NCBI GenBank assembly: GCA_016214655.1
Contig: JACROC010000005.1
Span: 131,078 to 195,077, forward strand
Length of the DNA stretch: 64,000 nucleotides
Reading direction: 5' to 3'
Source of the DNA: Candidatus Harrisonbacteria bacterium
GTDB lineage: Bacteria > Patescibacteriota > Minisyncoccia > UBA6257 > 02-FULL-45-10c
Position 1 is the stretch's first letter; each line of letters starts with the position of its first letter. Below are positions 37,057-44,650 of the stretch, piece by piece. The notes under the pieces are model-generated. The model was given only the letters and a program-made list of their open reading frames with translations. It ran no database searches and was not told where the DNA came from. Made by a program: the position numbers and the translations under genes.

Positions 37057-37650
37057 CTACCTCTTAAAAACAACAAACTTCATACCGATAAAATTCCAAA
37101 AAAGCGCAGTAACAGATGCAGTTACCGCACCCACATTTGCCCAAATCGTTTCGCTGATTCCCGGCGGCGCCCCAACCAAATTAACCACTGCCGAAGCTAC
37201 GCTGACATTAATTCCAAAGCCAATTAAGTTAACAGCAATAAACTTAGTAAATTCAACTGCTTGCGGCGCGCCCTCCACGTGAAAAGTCCAATACTTATTC
37301 CAGAAATAACTGTTAATAACAGCAAGAACAAACGAAGTTGCCTTAAAAGCGGTGTAGAAGTAACCAACGCTGATACCCGACAGAAAAATCAAAAAATTCA
37401 GCACCGCAAGATCAATAGTAAAATTCAGTCCGCCGACAATCGCAAATTTGATAAATTGCAGCATTACTGGCCACCATTGGCTTAACCAATAAGCCGCCGC
37501 ATAACCAGCGGGAGTAAGTACTGTTAAACCAACAATACTAATAGCTACAGAAGATAAATTAAATTGGACACCAAGGTTGCGCAACGTCGGCAAAAGCAGA
37601 ACGCCAGCCATGAAACCAACCAGCACGCTGATCTGAAAATCTTTTTTCAT
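37057..37650 (-). CDS. GtrA-family membrane protein
   Basis: FIKFAIVGGLNFTIDLAVLNFL motif and four TM helices. Confidence 0.75.
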   Translation of the reverse strand: MKKDFQISVLVGFMAGVLLLPTLRNLGVQFNLSSVAISIVGLTVLTPAGYAAAYWLSQWWPVMLQFIKFAIVGGLNFTIDLAVLNFLIFLSGISVGYFYTAFKATSFVLAVINSYFWNKYWTFHVEGAPQAVEFTKFIAVNLIGFGINVSVASAVVNLVGAPPGISETIWANVGAVTASVTALFWNFIGMKFVVFKR

Positions 37651-38426
37651 TTCATTAAAAATTCTTTAATTGCTTCAGTTAAATCTGGCTTCTCACTGAA
37701 GCCAAGTAAATCAGTTCCGTGTCCGGCGCTCTCATATAAAATCAATTGCTTATCAGAGGTCGGAGCCGAATCGTAATACTGCTGATTTTGAACCGCATTA
37801 TTTCCGGCTGCCCGATCATCTTTCTTACTGGCCACAAATAAAACTTTCTGATTTAGGCGTAATTTTCCCACCAAATGGCCGCTATCCAATCCTCGATAAT
37901 CGCCAGCCGACAATAAAACACCCCTCTGGACTTCCGGATTTTTGATCAAAAATTGGAGACTAAGATTTGCGCCTATTGATGCTCCGATAACGGTTAATTT
38001 ATCCGGAGTTGCGCCTCGCGACTTTAGAAATTCCCAAGCGGCCATTAAGTCTTGAATGCTCACTTGGTGTTCGGTGTCAGAAAATTTTTGATATCCATTC
38101 GGTCCCCCGTCTGATTCTCCGTGACCGCGAAGATCGATCGCTATACTCTCATATTTTTCTTTCTGCATTGCCGTGGCAAAATCCTTCCAAGATTCTTTAG
38201 TAGCCGGCATCATATGCACCAGAAAAAGCCATTCCTTGGGATTGCTAACCGGATACAAAGATCCAACTATTTTCACGTCATCCGAAGTGGTTAAATTAAT
38301 TTTTTCTATCATAAAATCAATTTCCCTTGCCCTTTGCCCATAATTAAGTAATAGAATCAATGCCAAAATCGCCGCAACAATCGATATAATAACGCCTGCC
38401 ACTTTACCTAATTTCATAGGTAACAC
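37647..38426 (-). CDS. alpha/beta hydrolase
   Basis: Signal-anchor, the HGESDG segment, and the nucleophile elbow GASIGAN. Confidence 0.7.
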   Translation of the reverse strand: MLPMKLGKVAGVIISIVAAILALILLLNYGQRAREIDFMIEKINLTTSDDVKIVGSLYPVSNPKEWLFLVHMMPATKESWKDFATAMQKEKYESIAIDLRGHGESDGGPNGYQKFSDTEHQVSIQDLMAAWEFLKSRGATPDKLTVIGASIGANLSLQFLIKNPEVQRGVLLSAGDYRGLDSGHLVGKLRLNQKVLFVASKKDDRAAGNNAVQNQQYYDSAPTSDKQLILYESAGHGTDLLGFSEKPDLTEAIKEFLMK

Positions 38427-39165
38427 TCACATTCACAGTCACCTCTTGACTGCCCGATTCAATACTCGGGGCCTTGGCTGCCGCAAAAGCGCCTCCGCGG
38501 CCAAATGTCTCATAAACAGGTATTGGGGGCGGATACCCGCCGGCAGACTCGGAAAAAGTCACTACCCGGCCTATCCGGACCCGATTTTGTTTTGCCATCT
38601 CTTTAGCTTTGATAGATGCTTTTTCAAAAGCTTCTTCCCTGGCTACTTTCAGATATTTATCCGGCTCATCAATATTAAAGTTCAGCGATCCAATCTGGTT
38701 AATACCCAATTCCGGCAAGGAGCCTAAAATTTTACCAATTTTAGAAAAATTGCGTATCTTCACCAAAACGGTTTGCGTTAAAGTATAGCCGCTGATAAAA
38801 GTTTTCTTCGCCTTTTCATCATATTCATAACGCGGAAACAAATTATATCCGACAGTCTTTACATCTTTATCCGCAACGCCTTGTTCTTTTATAAATTGAA
38901 TTGTGGTATTCATTGTTTTATTATTCTCATCCGCAATTTTCTCAGGATCTGCTCCCTCGCTTACTACCGAAAATGTAAAAGTTGTTACATCCGGAGAAAC
39001 CGTGGTTTTACCTTCCGCGCTGACTATTAAAGTCCGTGACGGATATAAAGATCCCTGATATTTATAAAGCGTTTTCAAAGAAGACAGCCCTAATAAAATT
39101 AATACTAATAAAGACGCGTTGACCAACCACCAAAACCAATTTTTTAATTTCTCTGGATTAAACAT
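38404..39165 (-). CDS. SIMPL (DUF541) domain protein
   Basis: Signal-anchor and the periodic pattern of 26-kDa periplasmic immunogenic-protein-like proteins (GYTLTQTVLVKIRNF..., VTVNVSVTYEI). Confidence 0.65.
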   Translation of the reverse strand: MFNPEKLKNWFWWLVNASLLVLILLGLSSLKTLYKYQGSLYPSRTLIVSAEGKTTVSPDVTTFTFSVVSEGADPEKIADENNKTMNTTIQFIKEQGVADKDVKTVGYNLFPRYEYDEKAKKTFISGYTLTQTVLVKIRNFSKIGKILGSLPELGINQIGSLNFNIDEPDKYLKVAREEAFEKASIKAKEMAKQNRVRIGRVVTFSESAGGYPPPIPVYETFGRGGAFAAAKAPSIESGSQEVTVNVSVTYEIR

Positions 39166-39877
39166 AAGAAATCATTTTTTTTACTTCTTCTTTTTTCAGA
39201 CTGGCGCCGCCGACAAGGGCGCCGTCCACCTCCTTATATTTTAAGTAGTCTCTTAGATTTCGGGAATCAACTGAACCGCCGTACAATATTTTAGGGTTTA
39301 GGGTATAGGGTTTAGCGTTCAGGATCTTTCTGATATATTTTATAGTTTCTAATGCTGATTCTGGGGTTTCGGGATTGCCAGTGCCGATTGCCCAAACAGG
39401 TTCATAAGCTACGATAAAAGGGTTTAGGGTATAGGGTCTAGGGTATAGAAAGAGGCCAATTTTTAATTGGCGCTCGATTACTGCTTCTTTTTTGCCAGCA
39501 TTTTTTTCTTCAATAGTTTCGCCAACGCAAAGAACCGGGATCAGTTTATTCTCGGCGGCGGCTTTCATTTTTTTAGCTACCATTTCATCTGTTTCATCAA
39601 ACTTATGCCGGCGCTCTGAATGGCCAATGATAACGTATTTCACCCTAACGCTTTTAAGTTCTTTTGCTGAAACTTCTCCGGTAAAAGCGCCTTTTTCTTC
39701 GTAAAAAAGATCTTGGGCTCCCAGCCGAGATTTTTTTAAAACTTTTCCTACTTCTTCCAAAAAAGGAAATGGCGGCGCCACTACGACATTTTTATAATCA
39801 CTGGCTTTTGCCAAAGAAAGCGCCTCTTTGAGAGTGGCTGGATTCATTTTCCAGTTTAAAATCAGCAGCTTTGTCAT
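39158..39877 (-). CDS. tpiA: triose-phosphate isomerase
   Basis: NWKMN, IIGHSERR and AYEPVWAIGTG motifs. Confidence 0.9.
   Translation of the reverse strand: MTKLLILNWKMNPATLKEALSLAKASDYKNVVVAPPFPFLEEVGKVLKKSRLGAQDLFYEEKGAFTGEVSAKELKSVRVKYVIIGHSERRHKFDETDEMVAKKMKAAAENKLIPVLCVGETIEEKNAGKKEAVIERQLKIGLFLYPRPYTLNPFIVAYEPVWAIGTGNPETPESALETIKYIRKILNAKPYTLNPKILYGGSVDSRNLRDYLKYKEVDGALVGGASLKKEEVKKMISYV
39292..39315. repeat. G-tract heptamer repeat copy inside tpiA (encodes KPYTLNPK)
   Basis: The plus strand reads AGGGTTTAGGGTATAGGGTTTAG. Confidence 0.8.
39419..39449. repeat. G-tract heptamer repeat copy inside tpiA (encodes YPRPYTLNPF)
   Basis: The plus strand reads GGGTTTAGGGTATAGGGTCTAGGGTATAG, with four GGG tracts spaced by 4 nt. 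Confidence 0.8.
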
Positions 39878-39926
39878 TGCCTAAATTATATAATTTTATC
39901 TATAAAAAGGGAAAGTTAAAAAATAT

Positions 39927-41001
39927 TTAATTTCGTAAAGAAAACCAAACCTCATTTAAAAGTCTCTCGCGTAACTCATAAGTGTTAGCATGAGACAAAG
40001 CGCCAAGATAAGATTGTAATGATTGTTCAAGTGTTATTTTAGTAATATATCCTAGGTTATATTCTTTGATGCGTTTCCGTATTTTTGTAAATATGCGATG
40101 TTTTGTCTTGATTCGTATCAACCGATACTTTGGAAATATCACATGGCCAAGAAAATCAATGCCTTGATGTAACTTACGAATTATGATTTTCTTTGGATGT
40201 AGCTCCAAAGCAAGTTTCGTCTCAAGAAACTCATTGATCTGCGGCAAAAATTTTTCTAAATAATCCTGATTTTTCGAAACAATAACAAAATCATCGGTAT
40301 AGCGAATATAGTATTTTACTTTTAACCTATGTTTCATAAACTGATCAAATTCGTTCATATAGATATTGGCGAAAAGCTGCGAAGTCAAATTCCCTATCGG
40401 AATACCTTGCGCGGCGATTCTACTCTCTCTCTCTCTCTCTCTCTCGGGCAAACGTCACGCTTTTATAACTTTCAATAATAGATTCCAGAAGCCAAATGGT
40501 GTCACTATCTTTGATACGCTTTTTGATGATGGAAAGCAGGGTTACGTGATCAACGCTGTCAAAAAACTTCCTAATATCGCATTTCAATATAAAGCAAGGA
40601 TTGGCGCCATTCTTACTGACCTTTCTCACTGCTCTTTCCAAAGCTTCCACGCCTCTATGAGTTCCGTAACCGATGCGACAGGAAAACGAGGTAGAAATAA
40701 AGGTCGATTCAAAAATCGGATTGATAATCGAGAAAATAGCATGGTGCAGAACACGATCCCGAACTACCGCTTTATGAATGTGCCGTTGTTTCGGATCCTG
40801 TATATAAAAACCGGTATATGGACCGTGTTGGTAAGTTTTATTTTTCAATTCTCGTTGAAGCTGAAAAATATTTTCCTCCAGATTCCATTCAAACCGAAGC
40901 GCATCAGATTTTTTCCGCTTATCGATTTTAAAAGCCTCCCAGGCTGAAAAAAGATTCTCCGATGAAATAATTTTTGTAAACAGATTTTTATAAATTTTCA
41001 T
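39927..41001 (-). pseudogene. DGR-type reverse transcriptase, split into two ORFs by a frameshift in a (GA)11 tract
   Basis: ORFs 40420-41001 and 39927-40451 are contiguous RT halves. The N-terminus is LFSAWEAFKIDKRKK, followed by KCDIRKFFDSVDH, GIPIGNLTSQLFANIYMNEFDQF (DGR hallmark) and the catalytic RYTDDFVIV. The downstream half is offset by 1 nt. Confidence 0.85.
40423..40445. repeat. dinucleotide microsatellite (CT)11C on the plus strand, which is (GA)n on the RT coding strand
   Basis: Read directly. It encodes the RERERERE at the junction of the two RT ORFs. Confidence 0.95.
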
Positions 41002-41015
41002 AAATAATTACCACT

Positions 41016-41366
41016 ATGGATGACTTCGATATACCAATCTTTAAAAAATCATATGAGCTCTATAAGACCTTTTACGGATATCGGCTCATGGTCTCCAAAC
41101 AAGATCGCTATACCCTGTGGCAGCGCTGTGAAAATACTATTTTGGATCTCTTGGAAAACATCTTATTGGCCAGCCAATTATCCAAAGAAGCTAAATTGCC
41201 GGCATTGGAAAAATCCAGCCTGAAATTGAATCTCCTTCGGATTCTCCTCAGGCTTTCCAAAGAAACCAAGGCAATCGACAATAAAAAATATCTTTACTTG
41301 GAAGAAATAATAGATGAAATAGGCAGGATGCTCGGCGGCTGGATCAAATCCACCAAAGATCGCTAA
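41016..41366 (+). CDS. avd: Avd-like accessory variability determinant (four-helix-bundle protein)
   Basis: 116 aa, basic and all-helical. It has the typical pattern IPIFKKSYELYKTFY...DRYTLWQRCENTILDLLENIL.A......LRILLRLSKE...IDEIGRMLGGWIK. Confidence 0.8.
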   Translation: MDDFDIPIFKKSYELYKTFYGYRLMVSKQDRYTLWQRCENTILDLLENILLASQLSKEAKLPALEKSSLKLNLLRILLRLSKETKAIDNKKYLYLEEIIDEIGRMLGGWIKSTKDR

Positions 41367-41368
41367 AC

Positions 41369-41400
41369 AAAACGCTCTCCAATTATTGGAGAGCGTTTTT
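41369..41400. terminator. bidirectional hairpin terminator between avd and the TR
   Basis: aaAACGCTCTCCaattattGGAGAGCGTTttt. Confidence 0.6.
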
Positions 41401-41416
41401 AGCGATGGGAGAAATG

Positions 41417-41535
41417 ACTTCCGAGAGGCACCGAGACCAATGTTGTTCCACCTGTTGTCATCCCAGTTGTTGTTGACGTTCAGGCCATTGCCGTCGAAGT
41501 TGCCCACATTGACGCGGTTGCCGTCCGACGTGACA
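41417..41535 (-). repeat. DGR template repeat (TR)
   Basis: 119 bp that align without gaps to 41952-42070. The TR reading frame carries 11 AAC codons (VTSDGNRVNVGNFDGNGLNVNNNWDDNRWNNIGLGASRK). Confidence 0.85.
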
Positions 41536-41821
41536 AATTTGCTCGCCCCCGTCTTTGGCACTGAAAGTCGAGGTTTGCTGTCGCCTAAGGCGACTTATAT
41601 CCTCTTCTTTCTGAATTTTATTTAGGAGCACTCCGATGTTCATCGGAGACCTCCGCTAGAAGCAAGCAAGAAGTTCTGTTCTCCATCTTTATTCACACGC
41701 TATCGCACTCCGTAGAGATGCGACACTCTGGTGACGTCTCAAAGATGAGACATCTTGCGGGATTAAACCGTGGCCTAATCTACATTAGCAAGATATTTAT
41801 ATTGTAATAAATTTGTAGAAA

Positions 41822-41861
41822 TAAAAAAAGAAGCCCCCGGCGCAAAAATCGCGCCGGAGGC
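41822..41861 (-). terminator. rho-independent terminator of the DGR target gene
   Basis: The minus strand reads GCCUCCGGCGCgauuuuuGCGCCGGGGGCUUCUUUUUUU. Confidence 0.6.
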
Positions 41862-41905
41862 TCAAGAGTTCAAGAGAGACAATCCCTCCAGAACTCAAAC
41901 TTCAT

Positions 41906-41945
41906 CCTTCGACTTCGCTCAAGATGACCCTGAGCTTGTCGAAGG
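41906..41945 (-). promoter_or_regulatory. two-part hairpin immediately 3' of the VR
   Basis: CCTTCGAC-aa-GCTCA-gggtcatct-TGAGC-gaa-GTCGAAGG (minus strand), starting 1-2 nt after the target stop codon. Confidence 0.5.
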
Positions 41946-41946
41946 G

Positions 41947-42774
41947 TCAGAACTTCCGAGAGGCACCGAGACCAAGGGAGCCCCCCCTGCCGTCATCCCA
42001 GCCGCGGAAGACGAACAGGCCATCGCCGTCGAAGAAGCCCACAACGACGCGGTAGCCGTCCGACGTGACATCCGTGGTTCGCGCATACCTCGTCGGGTTC
42101 AGATAGATGCCGTTTTTCCGGTAATAGAGAATGTCCTTGAGGACTTCCTCTACTGCGGTCGGCACCTCGTACCCTTGAGGCAGCATAGCCACTTGGTCCT
42201 GGTAGGTCTTAGACTCGGAGTTCGGAACGATCTCCAGAGGCATCAGATACCACCGGAACTTCGCGGTCAGCTTGGTTGCCCAGGTTTGCTGAGAATACCA
42301 CGAACTGGGCGCGTAGCTTGCGAACTTTGGCTGGCCGTTTTGCGGATGCAGCTCCTGCAAGTGGAGGATGGTGAGCGGTTTCCCGTTCACGTTCTCGAGC
42401 CCCAGAAACGCGAAGTGCGTTTCTTTGACTGTCTTGCCTTTGACGAGCGGGCAAGGGGCGTTGAGAACATCCTCTCCCCACGGGAACTCAGCCACTTCTC
42501 GGAGCTGCTTCTTGGTGAACTTCACGCTGTACAGCGCGGTCCACTCTTCCACTCCGAAGAAGTTCTTGCCCTGAATGGCGCGAACCACCTGGTGATTCGC
42601 CGAACCCGACGCTTTGCCGCGAAGCATGAACTCGGCTACGCGTTTCGCGTAATCCGGCTCAGCCCGCAAGCGAGCGAGGTGCTCGGTTGAGACTCCGTGA
42701 TCCTGGAGCGCTTTCAAGGTCGCTCCGACTTCTCCGTAACTGGCTTTCCAGAGACCGCCTGGGTTTGTGCTCAT
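41947..42774 (-). CDS. DGR target (variable) protein, 275 aa, with no signal peptide
   Basis: GC-rich ORF with AGGAGG 8 nt upstream of the ATG. The C-terminal 40 aa (VTSDGYRVVVGFFDGDGLFVFRGWDDGRGGSLGLGASRKF) are encoded by the VR. Confidence 0.85.
   Translation of the reverse strand: MSTNPGGLWKASYGEVGATLKALQDHGVSTEHLARLRAEPDYAKRVAEFMLRGKASGSANHQVVRAIQGKNFFGVEEWTALYSVKFTKKQLREVAEFPWGEDVLNAPCPLVKGKTVKETHFAFLGLENVNGKPLTILHLQELHPQNGQPKFASYAPSSWYSQQTWATKLTAKFRWYLMPLEIVPNSESKTYQDQVAMLPQGYEVPTAVEEVLKDILYYRKNGIYLNPTRYARTTDVTSDGYRVVVGFFDGDGLFVFRGWDDGRGGSLGLGASRKF
41952..42070 (-). repeat. DGR variable region (VR)
   Basis: There are 22 mismatches to the TR. 21 of them fall where the TR coding strand has A, and all 11 TR AAC codons are changed. 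The one exception is T->G (TGG->GGG). An invariant 3' block GGTCTCGGTGCCTCTCGGAAGT is shared with the TR. Confidence 0.85.
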
Positions 42775-42971
42775 GACACTTACCTCCTTTGTTTTCCGTC
42801 TTTCTCTCTTTGTCTTTTGGAGACTTTAGAGAGTTTGCCCTGTCCGGGGCACGGCCTCATCTCGGTAATGAGACGAGTATTTTAAAAACCAATTTTTGAT
42901 TTCCAAAATACTCGTCTCATATGTTTCAGTTTCAAGGTACATCAATCCCGCACTTTGCGAGAATTAAAACA

Positions 42972-43001
42972 AAGATAGCATATTTAGTGCTATTTTGTCA
43001 A
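42972..43001 (-). promoter_or_regulatory. promoter of the DGR target gene
   Basis: The minus strand reads TTGACA-N18-TATCTT. The same TTGACAAAATAGC module occurs at 55823-55852. Confidence 0.5.
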
Positions 43002-43634
43002 CCTCTCAGTCAAAAATTTCTTCTTCACTAAACCCCAAATCCTCTGTCGTTCATCCTTCTCCCGCCAGATATGTACCAAACTCGGCAAAATAGACAAGAA
43101 AATTATAAGCAGTATTATCGGCAATAAATATTGGTCAATGCCGGGAATCGTACTGCCAAGATAATATCCGAGTAACGGCAAACCCGCCCCCCAGAGTAAT
43201 CCGCCAATCAAGTTATATACAAAAAAAGTCGGGTAATGCATTTCCCCTACTCCGGCAAGAATCGGCGCAAAAGTCCTAATGCCAGGCATAAAACGCGCAA
43301 GAACAATTGCTTTTTTACCGTATTTTTCATAAAAAATCCGCGCCTTTTCTAAATGATCTTTATGAAACAAAATTGATTCTTCCCGGCTAAAAATCATCGG
43401 ACCGACTTTTTGACCGAAAGCGTAGCCGACGTTATCTCCCAAAACCGCACCAATAAAAACTAAAAGCGAAAGTGCCCAGATATTCAAGAATCCTTGCGAG
43501 GCTAAAAATCCGGCGGTAAAAAGCAAACTGTCTCCGGGCAAAAAAAATCCGATAAAAAAACCGGATTCGGCAAAGACAATGCCGAATACTCCAAGATAAC
43601 CGGCGGTTTTAATTAGAGATATTAAATCAAACAT
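42990..43634 (-). CDS. DedA/VTT-family membrane protein
   Basis: Typical DedA pattern: FIGFFLPGDSLLFTAGFLA, GDNVGYAFG and ARFMPGIRTFAPILAG. Confidence 0.8.
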   Translation of the reverse strand: MFDLISLIKTAGYLGVFGIVFAESGFFIGFFLPGDSLLFTAGFLASQGFLNIWALSLLVFIGAVLGDNVGYAFGQKVGPMIFSREESILFHKDHLEKARIFYEKYGKKAIVLARFMPGIRTFAPILAGVGEMHYPTFFVYNLIGGLLWGAGLPLLGYYLGSTIPGIDQYLLPIILLIIFLSILPSLVHIWREKDERQRIWGLVKKKFLTERLTK

Positions 43635-43638
43635 TCAA

Positions 43639-44634
43639 TTATTTCCTTAATAAATCGGCTGCTTCATCCGGATCCACGACATTAATAGTCACTCCGGTGC
43701 CAAGCTCAAATCCCGCTCGAATGGTCACCTTAGGAATCACTTCCAAATGCCAATGGTAATGGTTATATTTTTCTTTATCCCTGATTGGCGCAGTATGAAT
43801 AAAAAAATTATAATCTGGATCTTTCAAATTCTTTTTCATCTTTTTTAGAGACTTTTGCAATGCCTCAACCACATAATCCAAATCAACATCCAGGGTATTT
43901 TCAAAATACGGCAAATGTTTCTTGGGAAAGACCCGGAACTCAAACGGCTCCTTAGAAACAAACGGCACGAAAACCGCCGCTCCCTCATTTTGATAGATAA
44001 CCCGCTTACGATGCCTTAATTCCCAATCCATCATCACGCAATGAACGCATTGTTTATTTTCCCCAAAATACCTGCCGGAACCGTTTAAAGAGTGTTGGAC
44101 ATCCGGAGGCACTACCGGGATAGCGACAATCTGATAATGAGGGTGATAAACCGATGCGCCTGCCTTTAATCCCCAATTAAAGAAAATGGAAATATAAGCC
44201 ACGCAAGGATCATTAAGAAGCATCAAATAGCGGTCCCGAAAAGATTCAAACACCTGCTGGGCTTCATTTAAAGTCAAATCTGCCAAAGTTTTATCATGGG
44301 CTCTGGTTATCACCAGATCATGATGGCCGTCGGCTCCGCTAACCGAAAACGGGCCGTTTTTGGAAATAACCGAACAAACGTCCTGGTGCACAAAAGCCGG
44401 ATATTTATTCTCTATCACTTGGAGCTGCCAATCATTATTATTGCCGTAACTTAAAATCGGCCGCCCTTGGCCGGTCTTTTGTAAATCTTCAAACGGACAG
44501 TTTCTCTTAGGCGTCCCAATCCGAGGCTCAGTTTTTTTAATAATCGCATATGGACGCTTAGCCCGGCCAGGCGCAATTACAATCCAATCGCCGGAAACCA
44601 AATCCTGACGAAGTTGAGATTTCGATTTAGACAT
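43639..44634 (-). CDS. galactose-1-phosphate uridylyltransferase-family (HIT-like) protein
   Basis: HPHYQ active-site motif (His-Pro-His) and a duplicated HIT-like half-domain length. Confidence 0.65.
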   Translation of the reverse strand: MSKSKSQLRQDLVSGDWIVIAPGRAKRPYAIIKKTEPRIGTPKRNCPFEDLQKTGQGRPILSYGNNNDWQLQVIENKYPAFVHQDVCSVISKNGPFSVSGADGHHDLVITRAHDKTLADLTLNEAQQVFESFRDRYLMLLNDPCVAYISIFFNWGLKAGASVYHPHYQIVAIPVVPPDVQHSLNGSGRYFGENKQCVHCVMMDWELRHRKRVIYQNEGAAVFVPFVSKEPFEFRVFPKKHLPYFENTLDVDLDYVVEALQKSLKKMKKNLKDPDYNFFIHTAPIRDKEKYNHYHWHLEVIPKVTIRAGFELGTGVTINVVDPDEAADLLRK

Positions 44635-44650
44635 AATATCCTCAAAAATC

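Larger units (their letters stand above)
39927..42774 (-). mobile_element. diversity-generating retroelement (DGR) cassette: target/VR - TR - avd (opposite strand) - RT
   Basis: See the component features. The TR/VR pair has adenine-specific mismatches, the RT has the IGNLTSQ motif, and an Avd-like four-helix protein is present. Confidence 0.85.

Noticed and set aside
41178-41561. 127-aa minus-strand ORF (MPKTGASKFVTSDGNRVNVGNFDGNGLNVNNNW...) that looks like a second copy of the variable protein's C-terminus
   Set aside because: It is the DGR template repeat read in the VR frame, which is why it is Asn/AAC-rich. It has no RBS, it runs antisense through the avd gene and the terminator hairpin, and its homology to the target is limited to the 119-bp TR. 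I treat it as a non-coding template, not a gene.
42175-42690. Plus-strand ORFs (171 aa, 68 aa) and a nested minus-strand ORF (90 aa) inside the DGR target gene. Similar antisense ORFs lie at 55119-55761 inside the paralog.
   Set aside because: These are typical spurious long ORFs generated by the high GC content of the two genes. They are Arg/Leu/Pro-rich, have no RBS, and are fully contained in better-supported genes.
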